Shown piece after piece: positions 29,675 through 38,150 of a stretch of DNA of 48,796 bases. The notes below the pieces were generated by a model. The model was given only the letters and a program-made list of their open reading frames with translations, had not been told where the DNA came from and searched no databases. Numbering within the stretch: the first letter of the stretch is position 1; every line of letters begins with the position of its first letter. The translations under genes and the position numbers were made by a program. The stretch lies in the NCBI GenBank assembly GCA_027340875.1, contig DAIENX010000024.1, positions 1-48,796 of the forward strand. The letters run 5' to 3'. The stretch comes from Elusimicrobiota bacterium (GTDB lineage Bacteria; Elusimicrobiota; Elusimicrobia; Elusimicrobiales; UBA9959).

Positions 29675-31912
29675 ATGAACAAGAACATAAAGACCCTGAT
29701 GGCGGCCATAATGTGCGTCTGCGCGGCGCAGGCCGGCGCGGCGGACTTCGGCCCGGAGGCCCTCTCGGGCCTGTCCTTTTCGGACGGGGTGAGGGCGCTC
29801 AAGGAACAGTCCGCGGCTCTCGGAACGCCCGCCGTTTCCACGGCCGCGCCGGTCTCTACGGAACTGCAGCATTTCATGGAGGAACTGGGGCGGGACGTGG
29901 CCGACAGCGTCTGCCGCAACGCCCAGCTCAAGCTGAACCGTGAAAGCACGCTGGCCGACGTAGCCGGCCTTTCCGGCGGCTTCCGCCGGCGCTTCCGCAG
30001 GTACGCCGACGGCAAACTGGCCCTGCTGGACGAGGCGAACGTCACCCTAATCAGCAATCTGGGCAACGAAACGCTGCACCTGCCGAACCTGGGCGCGCTG
30101 GGCGTAAATATTTCCGCTGTTCTGGACGGCCGGTCCCAGGTGGTGCGCCCGCTGGAGAGCGACCGCTACTGCAAGGAGATGAAAACGCTCTTCAAGCTGC
30201 GCGAGGTGAAGACAATTATTCCCGCCACGGCCGGGCGTATAGCCGCCATGAAGAACGGCGAGCTCTGGAAGCTGCCTATTACGCTGCACTTCGGCTTCAG
30301 CGTGGGCGCCGGCGCCAACGTGGGCGGCAACCTGGCGGTCTCCGTCTCTGCCGGCACGGCCAAGGAGCGCAAGCCGTCCGTGACGCTTTACCGCATGGAC
30401 GAGGGCAAACTGCGCCTGCGCCTGCGGCTGGACCGCGTCAGCGTGCGCAGCTCCGGTATCTCGCTTTCGGCCATAGAGGTGCCCTTCTCCGACATAGGCC
30501 AGGCCGGCGCCGAGAACCTCTTCGCCCGCGAACTGGGCAAGGAATGGGCCAGGGAGGCCAACAAGAACCTGGCCTTCAGGCTGTCCTTCGGCCGGTCCAC
30601 CAGCCTCGGCAAGCGGCTGCTGCTGGAGTTCATCCTCGACCCGCGCGACCAGGCGCAGATGGCCGGTCTGGAGAAGTTCCTGCGGGGCGACCTGGGCGTG
30701 ATCAAACGCTTCATAGAGATGGGGCTGCGCTTCGACAACCTCTCCGAGGACGAGAATGTCGCCGAAGGCGCCGGCGAGATAGAAGGCATTTCAGGGGAAG
30801 CCGGGCAGACCATAGGCGCGCAGGCCGCTTTCGCCGGCAGCAACCTCTACCACGGCCACGGCCACAGCGTGCAGGTGCAGCTCCCGATACTGCACAACCA
30901 GACCGTGGGCTGGGGCTCGGCCTATAACCGTTACCAGTCGCTCGCCAGGGACGGCGAGACGCTGCACGCCCAGTCCTACAGCCGCACCTCCAACGCGGCC
31001 TCCATTAACATCCCCTTCATAGGCAGCAACTCCAAATACGACTCCTCGCGCGGCGTCACCGTGGTGAACCGCGAGCGCAAGGACGGCTCGGTTACCCGCG
31101 CCAGCCTGATGTACAACCAGTACGAGGGCTTCGTCAGCGACGGCGACAACGCCGCCCGCTACATGATGAACAACGCCAACGGCGTGCTCAAGTACGTGGG
31201 CCGCCGCGGCGACGGCGTGGATAATTCCAACACCGTGCCGGCCATGGGGCTCTTCCCGCCGGACTTCGGCCAGCCGGTGCCGCCGCAGGTGGTGAAGACC
31301 AAGCTCTACGACAAGGTGATAATGAGCTTCAGCCTGATGATCAACGCCAACGGCGTGGAGGAGGTTGTGCTGGCCCCGGCCAACGCCATCCTGCGGGCCT
31401 ACCTGAACATGATGCGCGAGGCCGAAGGCGCCATCCTGGACAAGGTGGCCGACCTCTTCAGCGTCGGCGCAAAAGGCGAGGTCTCCTACGACAGGGCCGA
31501 AGCCGCCCGCCGCCTGGGAGCCTCGGCGCTGGATTCCGCCAGTTCCGACAGCCCCCTCAATATAGTCCACAGGCTGGCCTATACCGCCGCCTGCGTCATA
31601 AGCGACATAGCCTCCGCCCGCGACGCCGCCGGCTGGAAGGAGCGCTCGGAGAAGCTGGCCATGTCCGTGGGCGGCCGGTCCCGCAGCGGCCTGAAGTACG
31701 AGGATTTCCTCAAGGTGGCCGTGCAGCTGGTCAGCCCGGAGAACGTCTCCGCCTCGGTGTACGTCCTCACCGACAAGGGCGTGCCCGGCGAAGCCGACGT
31801 AGCGCAGACCTACAGGTTCTTCAACACTTCCGACAACAGCGTGGGGGAGGACATGACCGAGGTGACGCAGATGGCCAACCGCTTCGCCGCCGGCTCGGAG
31901 CTGACGGACTGA
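29675..31912 (+). CDS. Large exported hypothetical protein (about 745 aa)
   Basis: GAGG RBS. Signal peptide MNKNIKT...AQAGA. Host-like codon usage. Confidence 0.85.
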   Translation: MNKNIKTLMAAIMCVCAAQAGAADFGPEALSGLSFSDGVRALKEQSAALGTPAVSTAAPVSTELQHFMEELGRDVADSVCRNAQLKLNRESTLADVAGLSGGFRRRFRRYADGKLALLDEANVTLISNLGNETLHLPNLGALGVNISAVLDGRSQVVRPLESDRYCKEMKTLFKLREVKTIIPATAGRIAAMKNGELWKLPITLHFGFSVGAGANVGGNLAVSVSAGTAKERKPSVTLYRMDEGKLRLRLRLDRVSVRSSGISLSAIEVPFSDIGQAGAENLFARELGKEWAREANKNLAFRLSFGRSTSLGKRLLLEFILDPRDQAQMAGLEKFLRGDLGVIKRFIEMGLRFDNLSEDENVAEGAGEIEGISGEAGQTIGAQAAFAGSNLYHGHGHSVQVQLPILHNQTVGWGSAYNRYQSLARDGETLHAQSYSRTSNAASINIPFIGSNSKYDSSRGVTVVNRERKDGSVTRASLMYNQYEGFVSDGDNAARYMMNNANGVLKYVGRRGDGVDNSNTVPAMGLFPPDFGQPVPPQVVKTKLYDKVIMSFSLMINANGVEEVVLAPANAILRAYLNMMREAEGAILDKVADLFSVGAKGEVSYDRAEAARRLGASALDSASSDSPLNIVHRLAYTAACVISDIASARDAAGWKERSEKLAMSVGGRSRSGLKYEDFLKVAVQLVSPENVSASVYVLTDKGVPGEADVAQTYRFFNTSDNSVGEDMTEVTQMANRFAAGSELTD

Positions 31913-32094
31913 CGGGCCGAAGAGGTGATCAAGGTGGAACGGATGGATCTGAGCGCCCTTAAGCCGCTGGTGGAGATAATGACCTGCCGCCGGTTAGAAC
32001 ATCCCTCCACGCCTCGTTACCAGCGGCCGGATGCTCAGCATTGGAATCACGCGCAACTGCCGCTCCGGGGCGGATCCGCGCGTTCCGGGACAAG

Positions 32095-32200
32095 GCCTTT
32101 GCTGCTTGTGCTGGGCGGCGGGGTCGGCAATGGCCTCAGGTTATCCTGACAACCACATGGACCAGCGCGAGGTGCTTGGCCGGGAGTCCGTGGCTGGAAA
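32095..32200 (+). pseudogene. Degenerate 5' fragment paralogous to 37323-37925
   Basis: AAGSAMASGYPDNHMDQ versus AAGGAMASGYPNNYMNQ. Boundaries are approximate. Confidence 0.7.
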
Positions 32201-32239
32201 TGCTGATGGGAACAGGGAAGCCTGTTCCGAGGATGGGCG

Positions 32240-33964
32240 ATGTCTATGTTATTCTCTGATGCTCTGCGCAAGTTGAGGAAAGACGCCGGGTTTCCTACTG
32301 CCTACCGCTTTTTTCATGATAACGGCGGACAGGCGGCGCTCGGGTTTTCCTACCGGCAATACATGGGCATGGAAAGCGGAATGCTGCCGGACGCGGACAA
32401 ATTGAGCCGGCTTATTCAGGCTCTCCGGCTCTTTTACCTGTCTCCGTGCTCCAACAGGCTCATAACCGCGTGGCTGCGCACGCGCGCCGGCGACGAGGCT
32501 TATGACCGGCTTATCAAGCCTTTCCTGCCTGCGCCGACCGAAGAAGAGGTTAAGACCCCCCTGTACGGTCTGGTGCGCGCGATGATGAGGGAACGGTCCT
32601 ATTACCTTTCCCACGAGCAGTTCGCGGCGTCCATGGCGGATTATCCCACGTACCTCTGTTACATGGCGCTGATCTCGGATACGGGGTTATGGTCTTCCGA
32701 CGGCCTGGCCGGGGCGCTGCACATTCAAAAAGAGGATGCGGACCGCGCGCTGAAGCGGCTGGCTGCGGCTAAAATAGCCAAAAGGGTGAGGCCGGGCCTC
32801 TACAGATGCGCCTTTCCACACAGGATGGTGCAGACTCCGCGGCTGAGCGCGATCTCCGCGGAACTATATAAAAAAGCTGATGAGAACGTCACGCGCCTGG
32901 CCGCGACCGCGGAAACGCGGCTGCACGAGGGGGTCTTCGTGCGGGCGGACAAGGACCAGTTCCTGGGGCGTTTCTCGCCTTCGCTGCGTTTCGCGGTCGA
33001 GGCGTCGCACGGCTACAGCGTGCAGGAAAAAAGCCCTACGACGGCGATCTTTTACGTGGAAGGGCGGGTGGTCCAGGTGTGTGACTTCCGGCGCGGACGC
33101 GTGGAGGAAGAGCCGCGCGGGAGAACGCGGTTCTCGGATACGCTCAGGAAGTTCAGGCTGGAAGCCGGCTATCCGACGGCTTACAAGTTTTACCACGGCT
33201 GCGGAGGGCGGGCCGCCCTTGGAATATCCTACCGCCGCTATCTGCTGCTGGAACAGGGTGAGCCTCCGGAGGGAGGAGTGCTCCTGAAACTGCGGCTTCT
33301 CCTGTCTCCCGCGCCGCCTGACGCGCGCGCCGGCGCCTTTGTCGCGGCCTGGATAAGGACTGTGGCCGGAGAGGAGACCTACAACGGGCTGATCTTGCCT
33401 CTGCTTTCCGCCGCGGCAGGCGGGACGCACCCTCCGGCCGCGCAGGCAGGGCCGGCATGCGGCAGGCCGGAGTTGCGGCTGCTCTCGCTGCCGCAGGCGG
33501 AAGCGGTATTGTACGACTATGACGCTTTTGTCTGTTTTACCGCTCTCAGCGCGGATGGCGGAGTCTGGACCCCGCCCGGGCTTTCCGGTGCGCTGCGGCT
33601 TGATGCCGCCGCGGCCAGGAAAGCGCTGCAACGGCTGGCTAAGGCGGGGGTGTTGCTGAAAGAAGGCGCAAACGGCTGCAAATCCGCTTTTGCCCCCGCG
33701 GCCGCGGACCTGCCAAGAACGGACATGGACTCCGGACTGCTCCGCAAATTGGGAACTTATACCGACAGGTTCGCGGGGAGCGGCTGTCTGCGTCACAGGG
33801 CCAGGAACTTCTTCCGGGCGGAGGCGGGGGAGGTTATGGGAAGCTACCTGCCGTTGCTGCGGCAGAGCCTTGAGACTGCGCGCAACAGCGGCGTCCGCGG
33901 GGGAACGGAGGATTCCACCCTTTTTTACGTCGAATGCAGCCTGGCGAAAGTCCGGGATTTCTGA
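32240..33964 (+). CDS. Two-unit fusion of putative HTH regulators (XRE-like HTH, winged helix and C-terminal domain, twice)
   Basis: FSDALRKLRKDAGFPTAYRFF and FSDTLRKFRLEAGYPTAYKFY. The halves align to 40761-41612 and 41622-42467. Confidence 0.75.
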   Translation: MSMLFSDALRKLRKDAGFPTAYRFFHDNGGQAALGFSYRQYMGMESGMLPDADKLSRLIQALRLFYLSPCSNRLITAWLRTRAGDEAYDRLIKPFLPAPTEEEVKTPLYGLVRAMMRERSYYLSHEQFAASMADYPTYLCYMALISDTGLWSSDGLAGALHIQKEDADRALKRLAAAKIAKRVRPGLYRCAFPHRMVQTPRLSAISAELYKKADENVTRLAATAETRLHEGVFVRADKDQFLGRFSPSLRFAVEASHGYSVQEKSPTTAIFYVEGRVVQVCDFRRGRVEEEPRGRTRFSDTLRKFRLEAGYPTAYKFYHGCGGRAALGISYRRYLLLEQGEPPEGGVLLKLRLLLSPAPPDARAGAFVAAWIRTVAGEETYNGLILPLLSAAAGGTHPPAAQAGPACGRPELRLLSLPQAEAVLYDYDAFVCFTALSADGGVWTPPGLSGALRLDAAAARKALQRLAKAGVLLKEGANGCKSAFAPAAADLPRTDMDSGLLRKLGTYTDRFAGSGCLRHRARNFFRAEAGEVMGSYLPLLRQSLETARNSGVRGGTEDSTLFYVECSLAKVRDF

Positions 33965-34081
33965 CGTTTACCGTAGTCAACTGCGGCAGTTCTTGTTTAT
34001 CGAGGAGAATGACGGAGATACTACGGAAGCTATGATAATGGGCATGATGTCAGTTATGGCGAAGGTGCGCCGGAGGGTGCT

Positions 34082-34474
34082 ATGGCGAAACGGTTGCTGA
34101 TAATTGACGACAACGAGGGCTACGCGAGTATCGTGGCCAGGTACTTCGTGGCCGTAGGCGGCTACGAGGTGGAAACCGCGTGCTGCGGCGCCGAGGGGTT
34201 GGAGAAAGCCTCTCGGATGAAGTTCGACGTGGTGCTGGCTGACATGATGCTGCCGGACATGGACGGCTGCGACGTGGCCAGGGAGCTGGAGAGGAAAGGC
34301 GTGGAGTCCCCGGTGGCTATACTGTCGGGATATGAAGCCCAAAAAGTGATCAAGTGGGGCATGGCGAAAAGCGGGCTGCCAGGGAACCTGCGGCGGGTCC
34401 TTTCCAAGAGCGAGAAGCTTGGCGAGATCCTTGTCAAAGTGAACGGACTGTCTGGTGACGCCCTGGCGGTATAG
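34082..34474 (+). CDS. Stand-alone response regulator receiver
   Basis: LLIIDDN, LADMMLPDMDG, LSG. GGAGG RBS. Confidence 0.88.
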   Translation: MAKRLLIIDDNEGYASIVARYFVAVGGYEVETACCGAEGLEKASRMKFDVVLADMMLPDMDGCDVARELERKGVESPVAILSGYEAQKVIKWGMAKSGLPGNLRRVLSKSEKLGEILVKVNGLSGDALAV

Positions 34475-34613
34475 GTTTTCGCCCTGCCCTGGTTCGTCCG
34501 GACAACGCGGGCATCGGCCGGCCTGAACAGCGGCATATCTTCGGCCAAGCATTGTCGAAGTCCGCGCAGAACTTGTTCCAGCTGCGCCAGGAAAGCGGGA
34601 TACGTAGCAATAA

Positions 34614-34659
34614 TAGGTCCAATGGTCCTTGCCTATCCGGATATTTCCCTCAATAATAT
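34614..34659 (+). promoter_or_regulatory. Putative promoter with dyad box TAGGTC-CAAT-GGTCCT
   Basis: The box overlaps TTGCCT. AT-rich -10 candidates at 34652-34659. Precedes leader-family gene 7. Confidence 0.45.
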
Positions 34660-34690
34660 ATTCAATAACCGGAAAGCCCGTGGTTGCATT

Positions 34691-35647
34691 ATGAAAACGC
34701 CGCTCAGGATGATAGCTGCCGCGACGATAACCGCCGCCGCCGCGTTCTATCTTTACGGCCAGCGGCCGCAGAGTCATATTCCGGCGGATCTCAGGGATGC
34801 CGTGGCCGGCAGCGCCGCGGAACAGCTCGGCTATGACAAGGGCGCGGATGTCCCCGTCCCGGTGCCGGGCCCGGCGCAGGCCGCAGCCGGCAAGAAGATA
34901 TATGTTTCCGGCTGGCCGGCGGACGGTGTTCCCGGACGGCCGGTGGAATGGGTCAGGTTCGGAGGTGGCAGGTTCTTGATGGGCGCAGAGGACCTTAGAT
35001 TCTGTCCTGAAGCCCGGCCCGCTCACGAGGCCGCGGTAAAGCCTTTCGAGCTCTCCCGGACCCTCGTGACGGTGGAGCAATACGCCGAATGCGTGGTCAG
35101 GGGCAAGTGCCCGCTTCCAGGCACCGATAAGAACAGCAACGCCGGCGCCAACTGCAACTGGGGCAAGGAAGGCAGGCAGTTCCACCCCATAAACTGCATC
35201 ACCTGGGAGCAGGCCAGGCAGTACGCCAGGTTCAAGGGCGCGAGACTCCCTACCGAAACCGAATGGGAATTCGCCGCCACCGGCGGCGGCAGGGCGCAAA
35301 AATATCCATGGGGCGACGAACCGCCGACCTGCGCCCGGGCCGTGATGGACGAAGGGGGCCCCGGCTGCGGCGGCAAGGCGACAATGCCCGTCTGCTCCAG
35401 GCCGAAAGGCAACACGGCGCAGGGACTTTGCGACATGGCCGGCAACGTAAGCCAGTGGCTGGAGAATAAGGCCACCAGTTCTTACGGCGGCGAGGCGGAC
35501 TGGATGCCCAAGCGGGCCACCAGGGGCGGGAATTTTTACCGGGACGGCGGCGAGAGCGGCTATCTGAGGGCCCAGTTCCGCGATTTCGGCATGGAAGACG
35601 AAGTGAAGGACTACAACGGCTTCCGCATCGCGCGCTATCCCCGCTGA
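34691..35647 (+). CDS. HIPxDLRDA-leader family protein 7: formylglycine-generating-enzyme (FGE-sulfatase / CLec fold) cargo
   Basis: RPQSHIPADLRDA, then GGRFLMG, HPINCITWEQA, RLPTETEWEFAA, GLCDMAGNVSQW, RGG..GFRIAR. Confidence 0.9.
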   Translation: MKTPLRMIAAATITAAAAFYLYGQRPQSHIPADLRDAVAGSAAEQLGYDKGADVPVPVPGPAQAAAGKKIYVSGWPADGVPGRPVEWVRFGGGRFLMGAEDLRFCPEARPAHEAAVKPFELSRTLVTVEQYAECVVRGKCPLPGTDKNSNAGANCNWGKEGRQFHPINCITWEQARQYARFKGARLPTETEWEFAATGGGRAQKYPWGDEPPTCARAVMDEGGPGCGGKATMPVCSRPKGNTAQGLCDMAGNVSQWLENKATSSYGGEADWMPKRATRGGNFYRDGGESGYLRAQFRDFGMEDEVKDYNGFRIARYPR

Positions 35648-35745
35648 GCCGGGTAAGTCGCTGACGTCCAGCGTATTGCCCTGGGTCCCAGGGACAAGAT
35701 CCACACGGAAAGTCCGGCGGCCTGGCCGTCCGGACAGGGGAAAAG

Positions 35746-35770
35746 AAAGCGGCCTTAGGCCGCTTTTTTA
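35746..35770 (+). terminator. Intrinsic terminator
   Basis: AAAGCGGCC-TTA-GGCCGCTTTTTT. Confidence 0.8.
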
Positions 35771-35871
35771 TCTTCCCTTCCAGAAAACCCCGGCCTTTCA
35801 AGGCCGGGTATGAATGGCAGCCCGGGCTAGAACTGCCCGTGCTCCGCCGCGGCCTGCCGGAGACGCGTAAC

Positions 35872-35990
35872 AAAAGGGTGTTTTTAAAGCGTTCGGGCGC
35901 GTAAGCCGTGCGGGCAATCCGCCTGGGAAATATAACTGCAGCGGCGGGGGGCCGGCGCCTCATGCGTGCGGGCCTCCTGACCGGTAAACT
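35872..35990 (+). promoter_or_regulatory. Fixed-spacing island promoter element, copy E
   Basis: AAAA 35872, CGTAAGCC-GTGC-GGGCA 35900, CATGC 35961, TAAACT 35985. Confidence 0.7.
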
Positions 35991-36083
35991 GTATATACGC
36001 AGCCGCGTTAACGCGGCCGCGCCGGAAAATCTACGGCAGACGGCAGTAAGGCGCTCCGGAACAACATATAAGGAGAAAGTAAA

Positions 36084-36995
36084 ATGACGAAGATGATAGC
36101 GATGCTGATACTGGTTTCCGTCGCGGGCGCCGCCCGGGCGGGGGAATTCGAGAAAGCTGCCTCGGCCGCTTCGCTTGAGAAGGTTAATATAACTCAAGCC
36201 ATGGAGGCAAAGGTCGCAGTCCCGAGGCCGGAAATAGTTCCTCTTTCAGCCGCGGAGGTCCTGGAGATGCACCGCGCCAAGCTCATGGCCATACCGGGCG
36301 TGACCGGCCTTAAGGTGCTTGGTCACGGCGGCGAGCAGGCCATAGTGGTGACTTTCAGCAGCGAGAAGACCTACAAGGACGCCGTCAGGAAGAAGCTGCT
36401 GCCCGCGGCCCTCTACGGCTACCCCGTGGGGCATACGATAGAGAGCGACAAGATAGCCCCGCTCTCGGACATGGCTTATGAAGCCAATCCGTTCTGTTAT
36501 ATCCTCAGCAACGACCAGGGCCGCTGCAGCGCCACCCCCGGCTGTTCCTGGACCCCCGCCTCGGACGAGTCTTACTGCGCCGGCCGGCCGGGAATGAACC
36601 CTACTCAGACCCAGTTCTGTTATATCAATAACAACAATCCGGCCGGTTGCAACAACACCCCGTTCTGCCGGTACGTGCGGAACGTGATGCCTTCGTCGTG
36701 CAATTCCAGGCCGCCGGCGCCCCAGCCGTACTACCCACCGCAGCCGGGGCCCCAGCCTCAGCCGCATAACCCGTTCTGTAATATCCTCAGCAACGACCAG
36801 GGCCGCTGCAGCGCCACCCCCGGCTGTTTCTGGACCCCCGCCTCGGACGAGTCTTACTGCGCCGGCCGGCCGGGAATGAACCCTACTCAGACCCAGTTCT
36901 GCTATATCAATAACAACAATCCGGCCAAGTGCAACAACACCCCGTTCTGCCGGTACGCGCAGAACGTAATGCCTTCGTCGTGCAACTCCCGCTAA
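36084..36995 (+). CDS. Exported protein with two 75-aa Cys-rich repeats
   Basis: AAGGAG RBS, signal peptide ending ARA, duplicated 8-Cys module. Confidence 0.85.
   Translation: MTKMIAMLILVSVAGAARAGEFEKAASAASLEKVNITQAMEAKVAVPRPEIVPLSAAEVLEMHRAKLMAIPGVTGLKVLGHGGEQAIVVTFSSEKTYKDAVRKKLLPAALYGYPVGHTIESDKIAPLSDMAYEANPFCYILSNDQGRCSATPGCSWTPASDESYCAGRPGMNPTQTQFCYINNNNPAGCNNTPFCRYVRNVMPSSCNSRPPAPQPYYPPQPGPQPQPHNPFCNILSNDQGRCSATPGCFWTPASDESYCAGRPGMNPTQTQFCYINNNNPAKCNNTPFCRYAQNVMPSSCNSR
36486..36992 (+). repeat. Intragenic direct repeat of 225 nt, two copies (36486-36710 and 36768-36992)
   Basis: Near-identical DNA copies separated by a Pro/Gln linker. Confidence 0.95.
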
Positions 36996-37045
36996 CCGGG
37001 CCGGAACCAGATAATTTGGGCGATTATATTTTAGGGGAAGAAGGC

Positions 37046-37267
37046 ATGAAGAAATGTGCGATGGTGGCGTCCGTGCTGTGCATGGCAGGCGGGGGAAATG
37101 CGGCGGATTTTGGCGCTTTCTGTGGCGTCACGGCCGCCGGACTTAAGGAGGGTTTTGCCGGAAGGTGGGCTGAAGGTCCACCCGCGCGTGCCCAAGTCCG
37201 CCGGCGCCGGAATACTCTGACCGGCGGCAGCGGCAGGAGAGAACGCTGCGCGGCGGAATACGCTTAA
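37046..37267 (+). pseudogene. Short ORF with a signal peptide, probably a truncated secreted-protein gene
   Basis: MKKCAMVASVLCMAGGGNAADF.. then a non-protein-like tail. Confidence 0.4.
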
Positions 37268-37322
37268 CGGTCTATTCTAAGGAAGTTTAAAACTATATTA
37301 CCTGAAGGAGATAACACGGATT

Positions 37323-37925
37323 ATGAAGAAAGCGATGATAGCGGTTGCGTTGGCGGTGATGGCGGCGGGCGGGGCGATGGCCTCCGGCTATCCTAACAAT
37401 TACATGAACCAGAGCGCGGTGGCCGCGGTTAACGGCCCGGCGGTGCTGGCCGAGGTGAGCACCGTGCAGGCCGGCCAGAAGTACGTGATAGCCTATAAAG
37501 GCTCCGGCATGCTGGCGGGCAAGGCCGGAGAGGTCAACGCCTACCTGAAGGTGCATTACAAACTCATCCCCTTCAACAGCAGCCTGGGCGGCGTTATTCC
37601 CGGCACGGCCGAGAAGCAGATAAAGCTCATGCCGGAATGGCACGGCGCCGGTTACATCAGCGGCGAGCTGTCCCAGAACAGCAGCTGGGGCAACGACGGG
37701 CTGGTGCAGCTGCCCGCGCAGGCCGTCACTTATAACAGGCTGCAGATCGAGAGCGTGGAACTGGCGTTCAACGCGGCTGGCCAGTGGGATTCCGTCTATG
37801 GGAAGAATTACGTGATCGTCATGGACAACCTGTACCGTTCCGGAGAGCGCTTCCAGTCGGCCGAGGCTTCGCAGAACATAGCGAACGACGTCTGGAACTT
37901 CATAGTGGGGCTGATGCGCAGGTAA
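37323..37925 (+). CDS. Exported beta-rich hypothetical protein
   Basis: AAGGAG RBS and signal peptide. ELAFNAAGQWDSVYGKNY loosely resembles a CBM21-like end. Confidence 0.8.
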   Translation: MKKAMIAVALAVMAAGGAMASGYPNNYMNQSAVAAVNGPAVLAEVSTVQAGQKYVIAYKGSGMLAGKAGEVNAYLKVHYKLIPFNSSLGGVIPGTAEKQIKLMPEWHGAGYISGELSQNSSWGNDGLVQLPAQAVTYNRLQIESVELAFNAAGQWDSVYGKNYVIVMDNLYRSGERFQSAEASQNIANDVWNFIVGLMRR

Positions 37926-37980
37926 GAGGCCGTAAGGCAGGAACGAATGCTGCCGGAGAACAGCGCTTACGCCGCGTACC

Positions 37981-38099
37981 AAAACTGGGTTTTTGGGCCA
38001 TAGCGCGGCGTAAGCCGGCCGGGCAACTGGATTAGGCGTAAATATCGTTCCTGCGTAGGTCTCCTTCCTCATGCGCGGAGCCTGCATGAAGACTACACT
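37981..38099 (+). promoter_or_regulatory. Fixed-spacing island promoter element, copy F
   Basis: AAAA 37981, CGTAAGCC-GGCC-GGGCA 38009, CATGC 38070, TACACT 38094. Confidence 0.7.
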
Positions 38100-38150
38100 A
38101 TATACATGAAGCCGCGGTCGTGAACCGGCGGCTGGATGGAGGGGAAGAAC

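Noticed and set aside
31925..32149. 74-aa ORF MIKVERMDL...
   Set aside because: No recognisable motif. It overlaps a pseudogene fragment in another frame and is probably debris.
36486..36992. DGR template/variable repeat pair
   Set aside because: Both copies are in one ORF, the differences are not confined to adenines, and there is no reverse transcriptase.
14160..38099. Integron cassette array
   Set aside because: Genes are co-oriented with hairpins between them, but there is no intI, the hairpins lack RYYYAAC/GTTRRRY boxes (they have TAC/GTA), and the modules carry their own promoters.
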